Part shown: positions 28,409-38,744 of the stretch, one piece after another
How the letters are laid out: each line of letters begins with the position of its first letter
How positions within the stretch are numbered: the stretch's first letter is position 1
From: Phycisphaerae bacterium
GTDB lineage: Bacteria > Planctomycetota > Phycisphaerae > UBA1845 > Fen-1342
Assembly: GCA_050115495.1 (NCBI GenBank)
Contig: JASFQK010000018.1
Span: 1 to 64,000, forward strand
Length of the DNA stretch: 64,000 nt
Reading direction: 5' to 3'
Made by a program: the position numbers and the translations under genes
Notes under the pieces: generated by a model
Told to the model about the DNA's origin: nothing
What the model saw: only the letters and a program-made list of their open reading frames with translations
Databases searched by the model: none

Positions 28409-29701
28409 ATGGCACGACGCGTAGTCATTACCGGAATGGGCTGGGTAACCCCACTGGGTTGGGACATCGAAGAGGTCTGGCAGCGGCTCTTGCGCGGCGA
28501 CAGCGGCGTGGCCCAGACGACCAACTTCGACGCCCACACGTTTCCGACGACCTTCGCCGGCGAGGTCCGCGGCTTCGATCTGAAGGCCGTGCTCGGCGAG
28601 CGCTACGCCGCGCACCGCACGGCCAGTCGCAACACGACCTTCGCCCTCGGTGCGGCCGAGATGGCCTGGCGCAACGCCGGGCTCGACGGCGCGGTCGGCG
28701 TGCCGCCGGAGATGATCGGCGTATACCTCGGCGGCGGCGAAGGGCCGATCGACTTCGAGAATTTCGCGGCGGCGGCGGTGGCCGGCTGGAACGCCGAGAA
28801 GCACGAACTGGACGCGGTCCGCTGGGCGGAGGTGGGCTACGGGAAGCTCGACGCCGTGCGTGAGTTCGAGCAGGATCCGAACTGCGCCGCCCACCACATC
28901 GCCTGCCGGTTCAACGCCCAGGGGCCGAACATGAACACGCTGACGGCGTGTGCGGCCAGCACGCAGGCGATCGGCGAGGCTACGCAGATCATCCGCCGCG
29001 GCGACGCCGACGTGATGATCACCGGCGGGGCGCACAGCATGATCCACCCGCTCGGCGTGACCGGGTTCAACCGGCTGACGGCGCTGTCGGAGCGGAACGA
29101 CACGCCGGCGACGGCCTCGCGCCCGTTCGACGCGACACGGGACGGCTTCGTCATCGGCGAAGGGGCGGGGATGGTGGTCATCGAAGAGCTCGAAACGGCG
29201 CGACGCCGTGGAGCGCAAGTGCTGGCCGAAATCGTCGGTTTCGGCTCGACGGCGGACGCCTTCCGCGTGACGGACATGCACGAAGAGGGGCGTGGCCCGA
29301 TGGCGGCCATGCGGGCGGCGTTGGACGACGCCGGGGTCCGCCCACAGGACATCGACTACATCTCGGCCCACGGCACCGGGACCGAGGAGAACGACAAGAT
29401 CGAGTCGCTGGCCATTCGCGGCGTGTTCGGCGAGTTGGCCCGCAAGGTGCCGGTTTCGAGCGTGAAGAGCATGTTCGGGCACCTGATCGCCGGCGCCGGC
29501 TCGGTCGAACTGATCGTGTGTGCGCTGGCCATTCGCGACGGGATCGTTCCGCCGACGAGCAATTACACCACGCCCGATCCGAATTGCGACCTCGACTACG
29601 TCCCCAACAAGCCGCGGCAGGTGAACGTCCGCATCTGTCTGTCGAACAGCTTCGGCTTCGGCGGGCAGAACGATACGCTGGTCGTGCGGGCGTTTGAGTA
29701 G
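28409..29701 (+). CDS. fabF: Beta-ketoacyl-ACP synthase II (FabF-type), intact
   Basis: TACAAS, SAHGTGT, KSMFGH and NSFGFGG. Confidence 0.92.
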   Translation: MARRVVITGMGWVTPLGWDIEEVWQRLLRGDSGVAQTTNFDAHTFPTTFAGEVRGFDLKAVLGERYAAHRTASRNTTFALGAAEMAWRNAGLDGAVGVPPEMIGVYLGGGEGPIDFENFAAAAVAGWNAEKHELDAVRWAEVGYGKLDAVREFEQDPNCAAHHIACRFNAQGPNMNTLTACAASTQAIGEATQIIRRGDADVMITGGAHSMIHPLGVTGFNRLTALSERNDTPATASRPFDATRDGFVIGEGAGMVVIEELETARRRGAQVLAEIVGFGSTADAFRVTDMHEEGRGPMAAMRAALDDAGVRPQDIDYISAHGTGTEENDKIESLAIRGVFGELARKVPVSSVKSMFGHLIAGAGSVELIVCALAIRDGIVPPTSNYTTPDPNCDLDYVPNKPRQVNVRICLSNSFGFGGQNDTLVVRAFE

Positions 29702-29827
29702 GGGAAGAGGGGGGCAGAAGTCAGGAGCTAGGAGACAGAATGGGGGGACGGACGCTCTCCGGCGGTCGACAGGGGGTAATGAATGCCGATGGTCGATACG
29801 GCGCACGGCGCGCCGAGGAACTGGTCG

Positions 29828-29960
29828 GTGTGCCATTGCTCTTGAGCAGTGCAGCCCGACAGCGCGACCGTCGTTCGACCAGCCGAGCATATCGTTAGAT
29901 GGTCGAAAAGCGCTCGTCCCCACGCCCGGCGAAGCGCCCTGCTCAAGAGCAGTGGCACAC
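29828..29960. repeat. REPIN-like element, family D
   Basis: GTGTGCCATTGCTCTTGAGCAG (29828-29849) and inverted CTGCTCAAGAGCAGTGGCACAC (29939-29960) with a spacer of about 90 nt. Confidence 0.8.
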
Positions 29961-30056
29961 GGGGGCGTTCGTCGGTAGTCAGCCACCGACAGGGCGTGTG
30001 GCATGGCACACCACTTGCGGAGGCCGGTCGTCGTCGGCGCGGGTACAATGGAGCGT

Positions 30057-30830
30057 ATGGCCGATCTGCATCGACGTTTGGACGACCTTAAGGTTCGGGC
30101 GACTGGGCCTGTTGGGCCGCGGGCCGCGAGCGAGCCGACGGCGCGAACGCTAGCGGAAGTCGTCGGCGGGCGCGAGCGACGGTGCACGTCTGTTGGCTAT
30201 TGGCACCTGGAGACGGATTTTGGCGTCGCCTGCGCCCGGCACGGCCTGCGCCCGCCGAAGCTGGCCACGGAGCTCGGCCTGACGGCACCGTTCACGCCGG
30301 CGGCGGGGCTCGATCCGTGGCGGTCGCTGGTGCTGGATATCGAGACGGGCGGGTTCTCCGGCACCGAAGTGTTCCTGATCGGTTTCGTTCCGCTCGATGC
30401 CCGGCCGCTGCGCGTCGTGCAGTTCCTGGCCCGCGACTACGCGGAGGAAGAGGCCATCGTCCGCATGATCGCCCGGCTGGCGGCGACGCGCGACACGTGG
30501 GTCACGTTCAACGGCAAGAGCTTCGACGAGCCGTTCCTCCGCGACCGCGCCGCCCGGCACCATATTCCCTTCCGCCCGCTGGCCGACCACGTCGACGTTC
30601 TGCACCTGGCCCGCCGACAGTGGCGTAGCGAACTGCCCAACTGCAGGCTGCAAACGCTGGAGCAGCACCGGCTGGGCTGGCAGCGCGTCGGCGACGTGCC
30701 CGGGGCGGATATCCCCGACCTGTTCCATCACTTCATCCGCACAAAGAACGCGGCCCCGCTGCGGCCCGTCCTCGAACACAACCAGTTGGATCTGATTTCC
30801 TCAACCGACCTCCTGCTGCAACTGGGGTAG
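30057..30830 (+). CDS. RNase_H_2 / YprB-like DEDD exonuclease domain protein
   Basis: LDIETGG, VTFNGKSFD, L.TLE...LG and HNQLD motifs. Confidence 0.82.
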   Translation: MADLHRRLDDLKVRATGPVGPRAASEPTARTLAEVVGGRERRCTSVGYWHLETDFGVACARHGLRPPKLATELGLTAPFTPAAGLDPWRSLVLDIETGGFSGTEVFLIGFVPLDARPLRVVQFLARDYAEEEAIVRMIARLAATRDTWVTFNGKSFDEPFLRDRAARHHIPFRPLADHVDVLHLARRQWRSELPNCRLQTLEQHRLGWQRVGDVPGADIPDLFHHFIRTKNAAPLRPVLEHNQLDLISSTDLLLQLG

Positions 30831-30947
30831 AACCCGGCGCCGGGGCGGTCTGTCCATTCTTGTCGTATCCCCTGGGCGGCGCGGCCGCAACCTGCTACAC
30901 TTCTGCCGCGAGCGCCACAGCAGTCACTCCCGGCGAGGTGTCCAATA

Positions 30948-32882
30948 ATGAGATACGCGTATCACAGAATCGTTGTGTTGGTTGTTGCCTTGGTGCTGCT
31001 CGTCCCGGCCTGGGGCGGGAATCCGACCAGCCGCAACACGGCGGCGTACTTCAACCCCAGCATCTACCTCGACCACATCAAGTACCTCGCCAGCGACGAG
31101 TTGGGTGGTCGCGGCACCGGCAGCGAGGGGATCGACCGCGCCGCCGACTACATCGCCGAGCAGTTCAAGGCGATCGGCTGCGAGCCGGCCGGCGTGGACG
31201 GCACGTGGTTCCAGCCGTTCGAGGTGAAGCTGGGCAAGAAGATCGCGCCGGACCAGGCCCGCCTGGAGATTGAGGGGATGGCAGCGCCCTGGCAGGTCGA
31301 GCGCGACTGGATTCCCTTCCCGTTCTCCGTGCCGGAGAGTGTCGAGGGTCCGCTGGCCTTCGCCGGCTATGGCATCAAGGCTGAACGCTACGACTACGAC
31401 GACTACGCCGACTTCGATGCCGAGGGCAAGGTCCTGCTGATTCTGCGCTACGAGCCGAAGGACGAGGATCCGCAGGCGGACTTCGGCGGCGAGACGCCGT
31501 CGCGGTATGCGTTCTTCTATCAGAAGGCGCGAACGGCGGCGAAGGCCGGGGCCAAGGCGCTGCTGGTCGTCAACCCGCCGAACCGGGCGCCCGAGAAGGA
31601 CGAGCTGTACGCGTTCGACCTGTTCGGCTCGCAGCAGACGTATGATCTGCCGATGGTGCACATCACCCGCGAGGTGGCCGACGCCATTTTGAAGAAGGCC
31701 GGCATGAGCGACCTGCGGACGGTGCAGCAGCAGCTCGACGAGAAGCGTGCGAGCATGTCGCGTGATCTGGGACTGACGATTCACCTGAATCCGGGCATCG
31801 AGCCGAACCGCATGCCGGCAAAGAACGTGCTCGGTCTGATCCGCGGCGACGGCAGTACCGAAGAGACGGTGGTCGTCGGGGCGCACTACGACCATCTCGG
31901 CATCCGCCCGTCGTGGACGCAGACCTCCGAGCCCAAGGACGCCATCTACAACGGCGCCGACGACAATGCCTCGGGCACGGCCGGCGTCATCGAGCTGGCC
32001 CGCGCCGTGAAGAATGGTCCGCCGCTTCGGCGGAACGTGTTGTTCATCACGTTCAGCGGCGAGGAGCTGGGGTTACTGGGCAGCCAGCACTTCGTCAGTG
32101 AGCCGACGATCCCGCTGACGGATATCCGGGCCATGATCAACCTCGACATGATCGGCCGGCTGAGCAAAACGCCGCTGGCCATCATGGGGATCGATACGGC
32201 GACGGAGTTCCCCGACCTCGTCAAGACGGCGGCCGAGCGGGCCGGGATCGAATATCGCGGCAGCGGCGGCCGGTTCGGCGGCAGCGACCACGCTTCGTTT
32301 GCCCGCCACGAAGTCCCGGTGCTCTTCTTCTTCACCGGCATCCACAAGCAGTATCACCAGCCCGAGGACGACTGGGACCTGATCAACGCTCCCGGCGCCA
32401 CGCAGGTGCTGGGCCTCGCGCACGATCTCCTCGTCGAACTGGCCGACCTGGAGAGCGGGCCCACGTTTGCCGAGTCGAAGGAGCCGGCGTCCGCCGAGCA
32501 TGGCGTGAAGAGACCGGCTATCGAGGAGGAGCGACAGGCGGCCGAGGGTGAAGGGGCGCCGCCGCCTACGGACGAGCAACCGAGCCGGCGGGCGATGCGC
32601 GTCCGGCTGGGCATCATTCCCGATATGGTCGGCGACGATCAGCCCGGGATGGTCGTGCAGACCGTTCTCGACGGCGCCTGTGCCCAGGCCGCCGGCCTGA
32701 AGGACGGCGACCGCATCATGAAGATCGGCGACGACACAATCCGTGACATCTACGCCTACATGCGTGTGCTCCAGCAGTTCAGGCCGGGCGACGAAGTGGA
32801 CATCGTCGTCGCGCGTGAGGGCAAGGAGCTCACGCTCAAAGTGAAGCTGGAGGCCGCGAAGCGCCGGCCGGGCGACGATTAG
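30948..32882 (+). CDS. Secreted M28 peptidase with PA and PDZ domains
   Basis: Signal peptide; GAHYDH, NGADDNASG, SGEELG, INLDM, SDH and YH; C-terminal PDZ (LGIIPD..AGLKDGDRI). Confidence 0.9.
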   Translation: MRYAYHRIVVLVVALVLLVPAWGGNPTSRNTAAYFNPSIYLDHIKYLASDELGGRGTGSEGIDRAADYIAEQFKAIGCEPAGVDGTWFQPFEVKLGKKIAPDQARLEIEGMAAPWQVERDWIPFPFSVPESVEGPLAFAGYGIKAERYDYDDYADFDAEGKVLLILRYEPKDEDPQADFGGETPSRYAFFYQKARTAAKAGAKALLVVNPPNRAPEKDELYAFDLFGSQQTYDLPMVHITREVADAILKKAGMSDLRTVQQQLDEKRASMSRDLGLTIHLNPGIEPNRMPAKNVLGLIRGDGSTEETVVVGAHYDHLGIRPSWTQTSEPKDAIYNGADDNASGTAGVIELARAVKNGPPLRRNVLFITFSGEELGLLGSQHFVSEPTIPLTDIRAMINLDMIGRLSKTPLAIMGIDTATEFPDLVKTAAERAGIEYRGSGGRFGGSDHASFARHEVPVLFFFTGIHKQYHQPEDDWDLINAPGATQVLGLAHDLLVELADLESGPTFAESKEPASAEHGVKRPAIEEERQAAEGEGAPPPTDEQPSRRAMRVRLGIIPDMVGDDQPGMVVQTVLDGACAQAAGLKDGDRIMKIGDDTIRDIYAYMRVLQQFRPGDEVDIVVAREGKELTLKVKLEAAKRRPGDD

Positions 32883-32889
32883 CCGCCGC

Positions 32890-33807
32890 CTAGCTCGCGG
32901 GCACGAGCATTTCGCCGCGCAGCGTCGTGTGGCAGCGTCCGCCGACGAGCGTGTGATGGCCGTTGGGGGTCGTCTCGACGAGGGCCCGCAGCATGCCCGT
33001 GCGCCCGCCGGGCACACCTTGCATGCAGTTCATGGCCGAGCGTCCGCCGACGTGGGGCACGAGCTGGTTGGCCACCAGCAGCACGGCGAGGGCGCCGTGG
33101 ACGCTGCCGGTGACGGGGTCTTCCGCGATGCCGACGGCGGGGGCGAAGAAGCGCGAGTGCACGTTGACGGAGGGGCTGAGCGTGTTCAGCGTGGACACGC
33201 AGATGCCGCGGATGCCGCGCTGCCGGGACCACTCGCCGAGCTCGCCCTGGTTGGGTTTCAGGTTCAGCAGCCGCTGGCATTCGTGGAGGAAGAGGATCAC
33301 GTCCTGGTCGCGGGTGCGCATGGCGGGCACGCCTTCGTCCACCTCTTCGGCGCGGACGCCGAGCAGGGCGTAGAGCTCGTTGAGCTTGCTACGCTCCGGC
33401 TGCAGGCCGGCCGACGGCATTTCGAGCCACCAGTTCAGCCCGTCGCCCAGCGGTTCGCCGCGGATGGCCAGTTCGCCGGCGGCGGTCGTGAAACGCATGC
33501 CGGCGTCGGCACGAGCCTGAATTTCGTCGGGCGGGGCGAGCTCGGTGAGGGCGTGGGCCGTGGCCAGCGTGGCGTGACCGCAGAACTGCACTTCGGCGAT
33601 CGGGGCGAACCAGCGCAGCCGCGGCGGCCGGTGCAGGTCGTTGCCCCCGATCACGAACGCCGTCTCGCTGGCGTTGATCTCGCGGGCGACGAGCTGCATC
33701 TGTGTGTCGTCGAGTTCGTCGGCGTTGAGCACGACGCCCGCCGGATTGCCGGTGTAGGGCGTTTCGGCGAACGCATCGATCAGGCGGAATTGCACGAAGC
33801 GGGGCAT
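32890..33807 (-). CDS. PhzF-family isomerase
   Basis: DAF....GNPAGV, SETAF, EVQFCGHAT, EDPVTGS. Confidence 0.9.
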   Translation of the reverse strand: MPRFVQFRLIDAFAETPYTGNPAGVVLNADELDDTQMQLVAREINASETAFVIGGNDLHRPPRLRWFAPIAEVQFCGHATLATAHALTELAPPDEIQARADAGMRFTTAAGELAIRGEPLGDGLNWWLEMPSAGLQPERSKLNELYALLGVRAEEVDEGVPAMRTRDQDVILFLHECQRLLNLKPNQGELGEWSRQRGIRGICVSTLNTLSPSVNVHSRFFAPAVGIAEDPVTGSVHGALAVLLVANQLVPHVGGRSAMNCMQGVPGGRTGMLRALVETTPNGHHTLVGGRCHTTLRGEMLVPAS

Positions 33808-33843
33808 GTTGTCCTCCTACGGTCGACGTGGCGACCGATAATC

Positions 33844-34974
33844 TTAACCTGACAGGTACTCCGCCACGGCCTGCTCGAGGTTCGCCGCCGTGGCAAGCAG
33901 GGCCTGGTCGAGCGGTTGGTCCGGCGGGCTGATGACGATGATATCGCGCAATCGCATGCGGCTGGCCAGCTCGGCGCGGGTTTGACCAGGCCGCAGTCGC
34001 ACGCTACCTACGAACGCCACGACCGGCACGCTACGCGTCAGGGCTCGCTCGGCGACGCCGGCGACGACTTTGCCCCTCACCGTCTGGTCGTCGATCCGAC
34101 CCTCGCCGGTGAGGCACAGGTCGGCGCTGGCGAGCATCCGGTTGAGGCCGACGGCGTCGGCGACGCGAGGCAGTCCCGGGCCAGCGCGGGCGCCGAGCGC
34201 AGCAGCGAGACCGGCGGGCAGGCCACCCGCCGCACCGGAGCCGGCCAACACCCGGACCTCGCGCCCGGTGCCGGCGGCGAGGACGTCGGCCCATTTTTCG
34301 AGGCCCCGGACGAGTTCGTCGACTTCCGCCGGCGTCGCCCCTTTCTGCGGGGCGAAGACGGGGGCCGCGCCGAGCGGGCCGAGCAACGTGTTCTCGACGT
34401 CGCACAGCACGTCGATCTCGGCGGAGAAGGGGGCGTCCGGCGGATGAATGCTGGCTATTCGCAGCAAGTCCCGACCGCAGGCCGGAGCGGGAATCGTCTG
34501 CCCGGCGGCGTCGCGCAGCTCCCAGCCGAGGGCCTGGAGGCAGCCGGCTCCACCATCCACCGTGGCCGAGCCGCCGACGGCGAGGAGGATGTGCCGGACA
34601 CCGGACTCGGCCGCGGCGTGGAGCAACTCGCCGGTGCCGAAGCTGGTCGTGTGCAGGGCGCTGCGTTCGGCGGGGGCGAGCAGGCTGAGCCCGGAGGCCT
34701 GGGCCATTTCAACGATGGCTTGGCCGCGGACCGCGTTGCACCACCACGTGGCCTGGCGCGGGCGGACGCGCGGATCGCGGACTTCGAGCGTGCAGGCATC
34801 GGCCCCGGTGGCGCGGGCCAGCAGGCGGCCGGTCCCCTCGCCGCCGTCGGCCAGCGGGCAGGCGGCCACGACCGCGGCGAAGCGGGCCCGGCGGATGCCG
34901 GCGGTCATCGCGGCGCAGACCGCCTCGGCGTCGAGGGCGTCCTTGAACTTGTCCGGGGCGACGAGAACGGTCAC
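33844..34974 (-). CDS. glxK: Glycerate kinase (GlxK/GarK family)
   Basis: APDKFKD, ADGGEGT, GGSATVDGG, F.PQKGA, GEGRID; GTG start overlapping the lpxA stop. Confidence 0.9.
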   Translation of the reverse strand: MTVLVAPDKFKDALDAEAVCAAMTAGIRRARFAAVVAACPLADGGEGTGRLLARATGADACTLEVRDPRVRPRQATWWCNAVRGQAIVEMAQASGLSLLAPAERSALHTTSFGTGELLHAAAESGVRHILLAVGGSATVDGGAGCLQALGWELRDAAGQTIPAPACGRDLLRIASIHPPDAPFSAEIDVLCDVENTLLGPLGAAPVFAPQKGATPAEVDELVRGLEKWADVLAAGTGREVRVLAGSGAAGGLPAGLAAALGARAGPGLPRVADAVGLNRMLASADLCLTGEGRIDDQTVRGKVVAGVAERALTRSVPVVAFVGSVRLRPGQTRAELASRMRLRDIIVISPPDQPLDQALLATAANLEQAVAEYLSG

Positions 34975-35783
34975 GGCATTTCGTCTTCGGATGGGGGTTC
35001 GTCCGCCGCGTGCGACCGCCCCCGCAGGTAACCGCGCAGCGACTTGCCGCGCAGGAACTCCACGAGCCGCCGCCCGGGATCGGTTTCCACGTGACGAATC
35101 ACACGTTCGATCGCTTCGGGGAAGGCCAGCCCCGAGCGGTACAACAGCCGGAAGCATTCGCGCAGCTCGAGCCGCTCAGCGCTGCTAAAGCCGGCGCGGC
35201 GCAGACCGATGACGTTGATGCCGGCGACGCAGTGGTCAGCGACGAGCATGAACGGGGGCACATCCTTGGGCACGCGCGACATGCCGCCGAGCATGGCCAG
35301 CTCGCCGACGCGCGTGAACTGGTGGATGCCGACGTAGCCGCTGAGGAATACGCCGTTGCCCACCTCGCAGTGGCCGGAGATCAGCGCGGCGTTGGCCAGC
35401 TTGACGTCGTCGCCGACGATGCAGTTGTGGGCGATGTGGGCGGTGGACATGATGAAGCAGCGGCGGCCGACAACGGTCGTGCTCTCGGGCACGGTGCCGC
35501 GGTGCACGGAGGCGTGTTCACGGATGACGGTTTCGTCGCCGATCTGCGTGTACGTGGGGGCGTCCTCGTACTTCAGGTCCTGCGGCAGGTGGCCGACGAC
35601 GGCGAAGGGGTGGATGACGCAGCGGCGGCCGAGTGTCGTGCCCTGGGCGACGTAGGCGTGCGGGTAGAGGCGCGTCTCGGGGCCGATGTGGGTTCCGGAT
35701 TCGACGACCGCGTAGGCGCCGATTTCGGCGGTGGGGTCGATCTCTGCGCCTTTGTCCACAATTGCCGTCGGATGAATGGCCAT
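34971..35783 (-). CDS. lpxA: Acyl-ACP--UDP-N-acetylglucosamine O-acyltransferase
   Basis: IHPTAIV hexapeptide repeats, PQDLKY, HRGT, HIAHNC, HQF, GINVIGLRRAGF. Confidence 0.92.
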   Translation of the reverse strand: MAIHPTAIVDKGAEIDPTAEIGAYAVVESGTHIGPETRLYPHAYVAQGTTLGRRCVIHPFAVVGHLPQDLKYEDAPTYTQIGDETVIREHASVHRGTVPESTTVVGRRCFIMSTAHIAHNCIVGDDVKLANAALISGHCEVGNGVFLSGYVGIHQFTRVGELAMLGGMSRVPKDVPPFMLVADHCVAGINVIGLRRAGFSSAERLELRECFRLLYRSGLAFPEAIERVIRHVETDPGRRLVEFLRGKSLRGYLRGRSHAADEPPSEDEMP

Positions 35784-35792
35784 ACCGGGTGC

Positions 35793-37058
35793 TTAGCCTC
35801 CGGCGGACCCGGCGGGGGGGCCCGCAGTACCAGCGACGCGCCGCCCGCCGTGCAGAACGGCCAGGGGTTTCGGGCGCAGCCGCACCAATTCCATCAGATC
35901 GGGAACGGGAAAAACGACGAGATTGGCCGGGGCGCCGAGGTCCTTGCGGTGGCAGGCCAGCCCCAGCACGTCACCGGCCATGTGGCAAATCATGTCGCAG
36001 GCCTGCCACAGGCGGGGCGGGGCGCTCATGTGCTCGGCGTGGATCAGCAGGTGCGCCTGGTCGAGCAGTTGCCCCGTGCCCAGCGGGTAGAACGGGTCAT
36101 TGATCGAGCCCTGGCTGGCGGCGCATTTCACGCCGGCGTCCAGCAACGCGCAGACGCGCGTCAGCCCGCGGCGTTTGGGATAGGCGTCGGTCCGGCCCTG
36201 GCGGTAGAGACTCACGCCGGGGCAGGTGACCACGTGCACGCGGGCTTCGGCGAGCAGGTCGATGACCTGCGCGGCGTACGCGTCGGCGTAGCCGGACAGG
36301 GCGCAGACGTGCGAGGCCGTTACGCGGCCCTGCCAGCCGCGCTCGATGGTCATGTGGGCGAGTTGCTCGGTGTAGGTCGAGCTCGCGTCGTCCGTCTCGT
36401 CGATGTGCACGTCGATGGAGGCGTTGAACTCGGCGGCCAGGTCGAAGACACGCTCGAGGTGGAGCCGGCCGTCCTGCTCGTTGCGTTCGCGGTGCGGCAG
36501 TCCGCCGACGAGGTCCACGCCGCTGCGCAGGGCCTGGCGCATGCCGTCGACGGCCTGCTCGTTGCGGACGAGCCCCTCACCAGGCAGGGCCACGAGCTGG
36601 ACCTTGCAGATGTCCCGCGTGGCTTCGCAGGCGGCCAGCACGCCCTCGCAGAGCCGCATGCCGGCGGCGGGAGCGACGTCGACGTGGCTGCGCAGGAAAC
36701 CGGTGCCGTAGTCGACCTCGGCGCGAATGGCCCGCTCGGCCCGCTGCTGCACGTCGGCCGCGGTCATCGTGTCCCGCATCTCGAACCAGTAGCGCAGGGC
36801 CTCCGAGGGGGTCCCAGCCGCTTCCGGCGGGAGCCGGCCGTGCGTGTAGGCCATGTCCAGATGCTGGTGAGCGTCGATGAGGGCCGGCATGACCAGCCCG
36901 CCGTCGGCGTCGAGGATCTCGGCCGGGGCGACCACGCCGGGCCGGGGCCCGGTGTCATCCTGCGGTTCGATGCCGACGATGCGGCCCTGGGTGATACGCA
37001 CCGACCAGAGCCCGACCGCGTCCCGCCGGCGTGCGTTGACGATCGCCTTGATGTCCAT
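35793..37058 (-). CDS. Cytosine deaminase-like (CodA) amidohydrolase
   Basis: DAHQHLD, RSHVD, DVHIDETDD, ASH, DPFYPLG. Confidence 0.85.
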   Translation of the reverse strand: MDIKAIVNARRRDAVGLWSVRITQGRIVGIEPQDDTGPRPGVVAPAEILDADGGLVMPALIDAHQHLDMAYTHGRLPPEAAGTPSEALRYWFEMRDTMTAADVQQRAERAIRAEVDYGTGFLRSHVDVAPAAGMRLCEGVLAACEATRDICKVQLVALPGEGLVRNEQAVDGMRQALRSGVDLVGGLPHRERNEQDGRLHLERVFDLAAEFNASIDVHIDETDDASSTYTEQLAHMTIERGWQGRVTASHVCALSGYADAYAAQVIDLLAEARVHVVTCPGVSLYRQGRTDAYPKRRGLTRVCALLDAGVKCAASQGSINDPFYPLGTGQLLDQAHLLIHAEHMSAPPRLWQACDMICHMAGDVLGLACHRKDLGAPANLVVFPVPDLMELVRLRPKPLAVLHGGRRVAGTAGPPAGSAGG

Positions 37059-37069
37059 CACCAGTCCGT

Positions 37070-37831
37070 TTAGGTTCGCTGGGCCGCACTGTCCATGAGG
37101 GCGACGACCGGCAGCGCCCGATCCAGGAGACGCTTCATTTCCCGCACCGCCTCCCGCAACCCGACGAACACCGCCCGGGCGACAATGCTGTGCCCGATGT
37201 TGAATTCCTCGAAGCCACCGACGGCGGCGATCGGCTCAATGTTGCGGTAAGTCAGGCCGTGGCCGGCGTGCACGACCAGCCCGAGTTCGTTGCCCAGGTC
37301 CACGCTGTTCAGGAGATCCTCCAGCGTGCGCTGCCGGGCCCGCTCGGTGCGGGCGTGGGCGTAGGCCCCGGTCCACAGCTCCACCGCGTCGAAGCCGCAT
37401 TCGGCCGATGCGCGAAGCTGCTCGGCCACCGGCTCGATGAACGCGCTGGCGGTGATCCCGGCCCGCTTGAGCTTCTTGACGACCGGCCCGATCCGCCGTC
37501 GCAGACGCTTGACGTCGAGGCCACCCTCGGTGGTCAGCTCTTCCCGGCGTTCGGGCACCAGCGTGCACTGGTGCGGCTTGAGACGCAGGGCGATCCGCAC
37601 GATGCCCGGGTGGATCGCCATCTCCATGTTGAGCTTGCCGGCCACCGTCTGCTTGAGCAGTTCGGCGTCCCGGTCGTTGATGTGCCGCCGATCTTCCCGC
37701 AGGTGGAAGGTGATGCCGTCCGCCCCGCCCAGCTCGGCCTCGGCGGCGGCCCAGACCGGGTCGGGTTCGTCCGCCCGCCGTGCCTGGCGAACGGTAGCCA
37801 CGTGGTCAATGTTCACGCCCAGTTTGTTCAT
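37070..37831 (-). CDS. pdxJ: Pyridoxine 5'-phosphate synthase
   Basis: LGVNIDHVATVRQAR, HLREDRRHI, TTEGG, HAGHGL, NIGHSI. Confidence 0.96.
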   Translation of the reverse strand: MNKLGVNIDHVATVRQARRADEPDPVWAAAEAELGGADGITFHLREDRRHINDRDAELLKQTVAGKLNMEMAIHPGIVRIALRLKPHQCTLVPERREELTTEGGLDVKRLRRRIGPVVKKLKRAGITASAFIEPVAEQLRASAECGFDAVELWTGAYAHARTERARQRTLEDLLNSVDLGNELGLVVHAGHGLTYRNIEPIAAVGGFEEFNIGHSIVARAVFVGLREAVREMKRLLDRALPVVALMDSAAQRT

Positions 37832-38071
37832 GCTGCCTCCGTGAGCAGAGGGTCCGCATATCCTAGCAGCCGGCCGCGTTTGGCGACAGCGGGGGGAGGT
37901 TACGTTGCCGGCCGGGGCGGCCGGACCGGGAATCCGCTCAGGTAGCGGCCCTTTCGTTACGAAATAAGGAGTAGGGGGGGCCGCGCCCCGCCGGCGAGCC
38001 GAACCCCGGCGGCGCGGGAGTTGGCGTTTCACGGGCGGCCGGTGGGCCGCCGCGTGATCGTGCGGAGGTGC

Positions 38072-38494
38072 ATGACCATGGCCGGCCGGCAGATGACAGC
38101 GGAACAGGCAAGCCAGCGGTTGGTGGCAGCGCACGCCCTTTGCCTGTGCCTGGGGCTGGCGTTGCTGATTTGGAGCTTGGCGCCGGCCGTCGTGGAACGC
38201 GTTCTGACGGGGCACGCCCCGCATTGGACGACGCTGGCTTTCAGCAGCCTGACGTTCGTGGTCGGGCTGCTCTTCGTGACCTTCCACTTCTTCATCCGCG
38301 GGGGCACGCGCTGGGCGATGTGGGCGGCGTTTGGCCTGGCGCTGCTGCTGGCGTCGGCCGGGATCATGGCCACCATGATGACCAGTGCCTCGACCCCGGC
38401 GCTGTTCTCCCTGGTGCTCGCCACAGGCACCGTGATCGCGACGTGGTTGGCCCTGCAGGAGAAGCAGACCGGCCGTCCACGGCGAGCGAAGTAG
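38072..38494 (+). CDS. Hypothetical 4-TM membrane protein
   Basis: Four hydrophobic segments and a basic C-terminus. Confidence 0.65.
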   Translation: MTMAGRQMTAEQASQRLVAAHALCLCLGLALLIWSLAPAVVERVLTGHAPHWTTLAFSSLTFVVGLLFVTFHFFIRGGTRWAMWAAFGLALLLASAGIMATMMTSASTPALFSLVLATGTVIATWLALQEKQTGRPRRAK

Positions 38495-38744
38495 GCCCGC
38501 GGGGGGCCCAAGTATCGGACCCGGGAGCATTTCCGGCAGGACTTGGCGGGGTTGGGGCGTTCTTGGCCGATAGTGACGCTGTAGGGACGCGCTGGCCCAC
38601 CGCCGGTTCGTCCCCGCGGGATAGAGGTTCTGCCGGCGGGTGGTACGGCCGGCGCAGCGTGGAGAGAGTATGCTTCCGTGGGCACCGATTCGTGGTAGAA
38701 TCCGCTCGAACCAGGGGGCAGACGGCAATGGCCGGGGAACGTTG

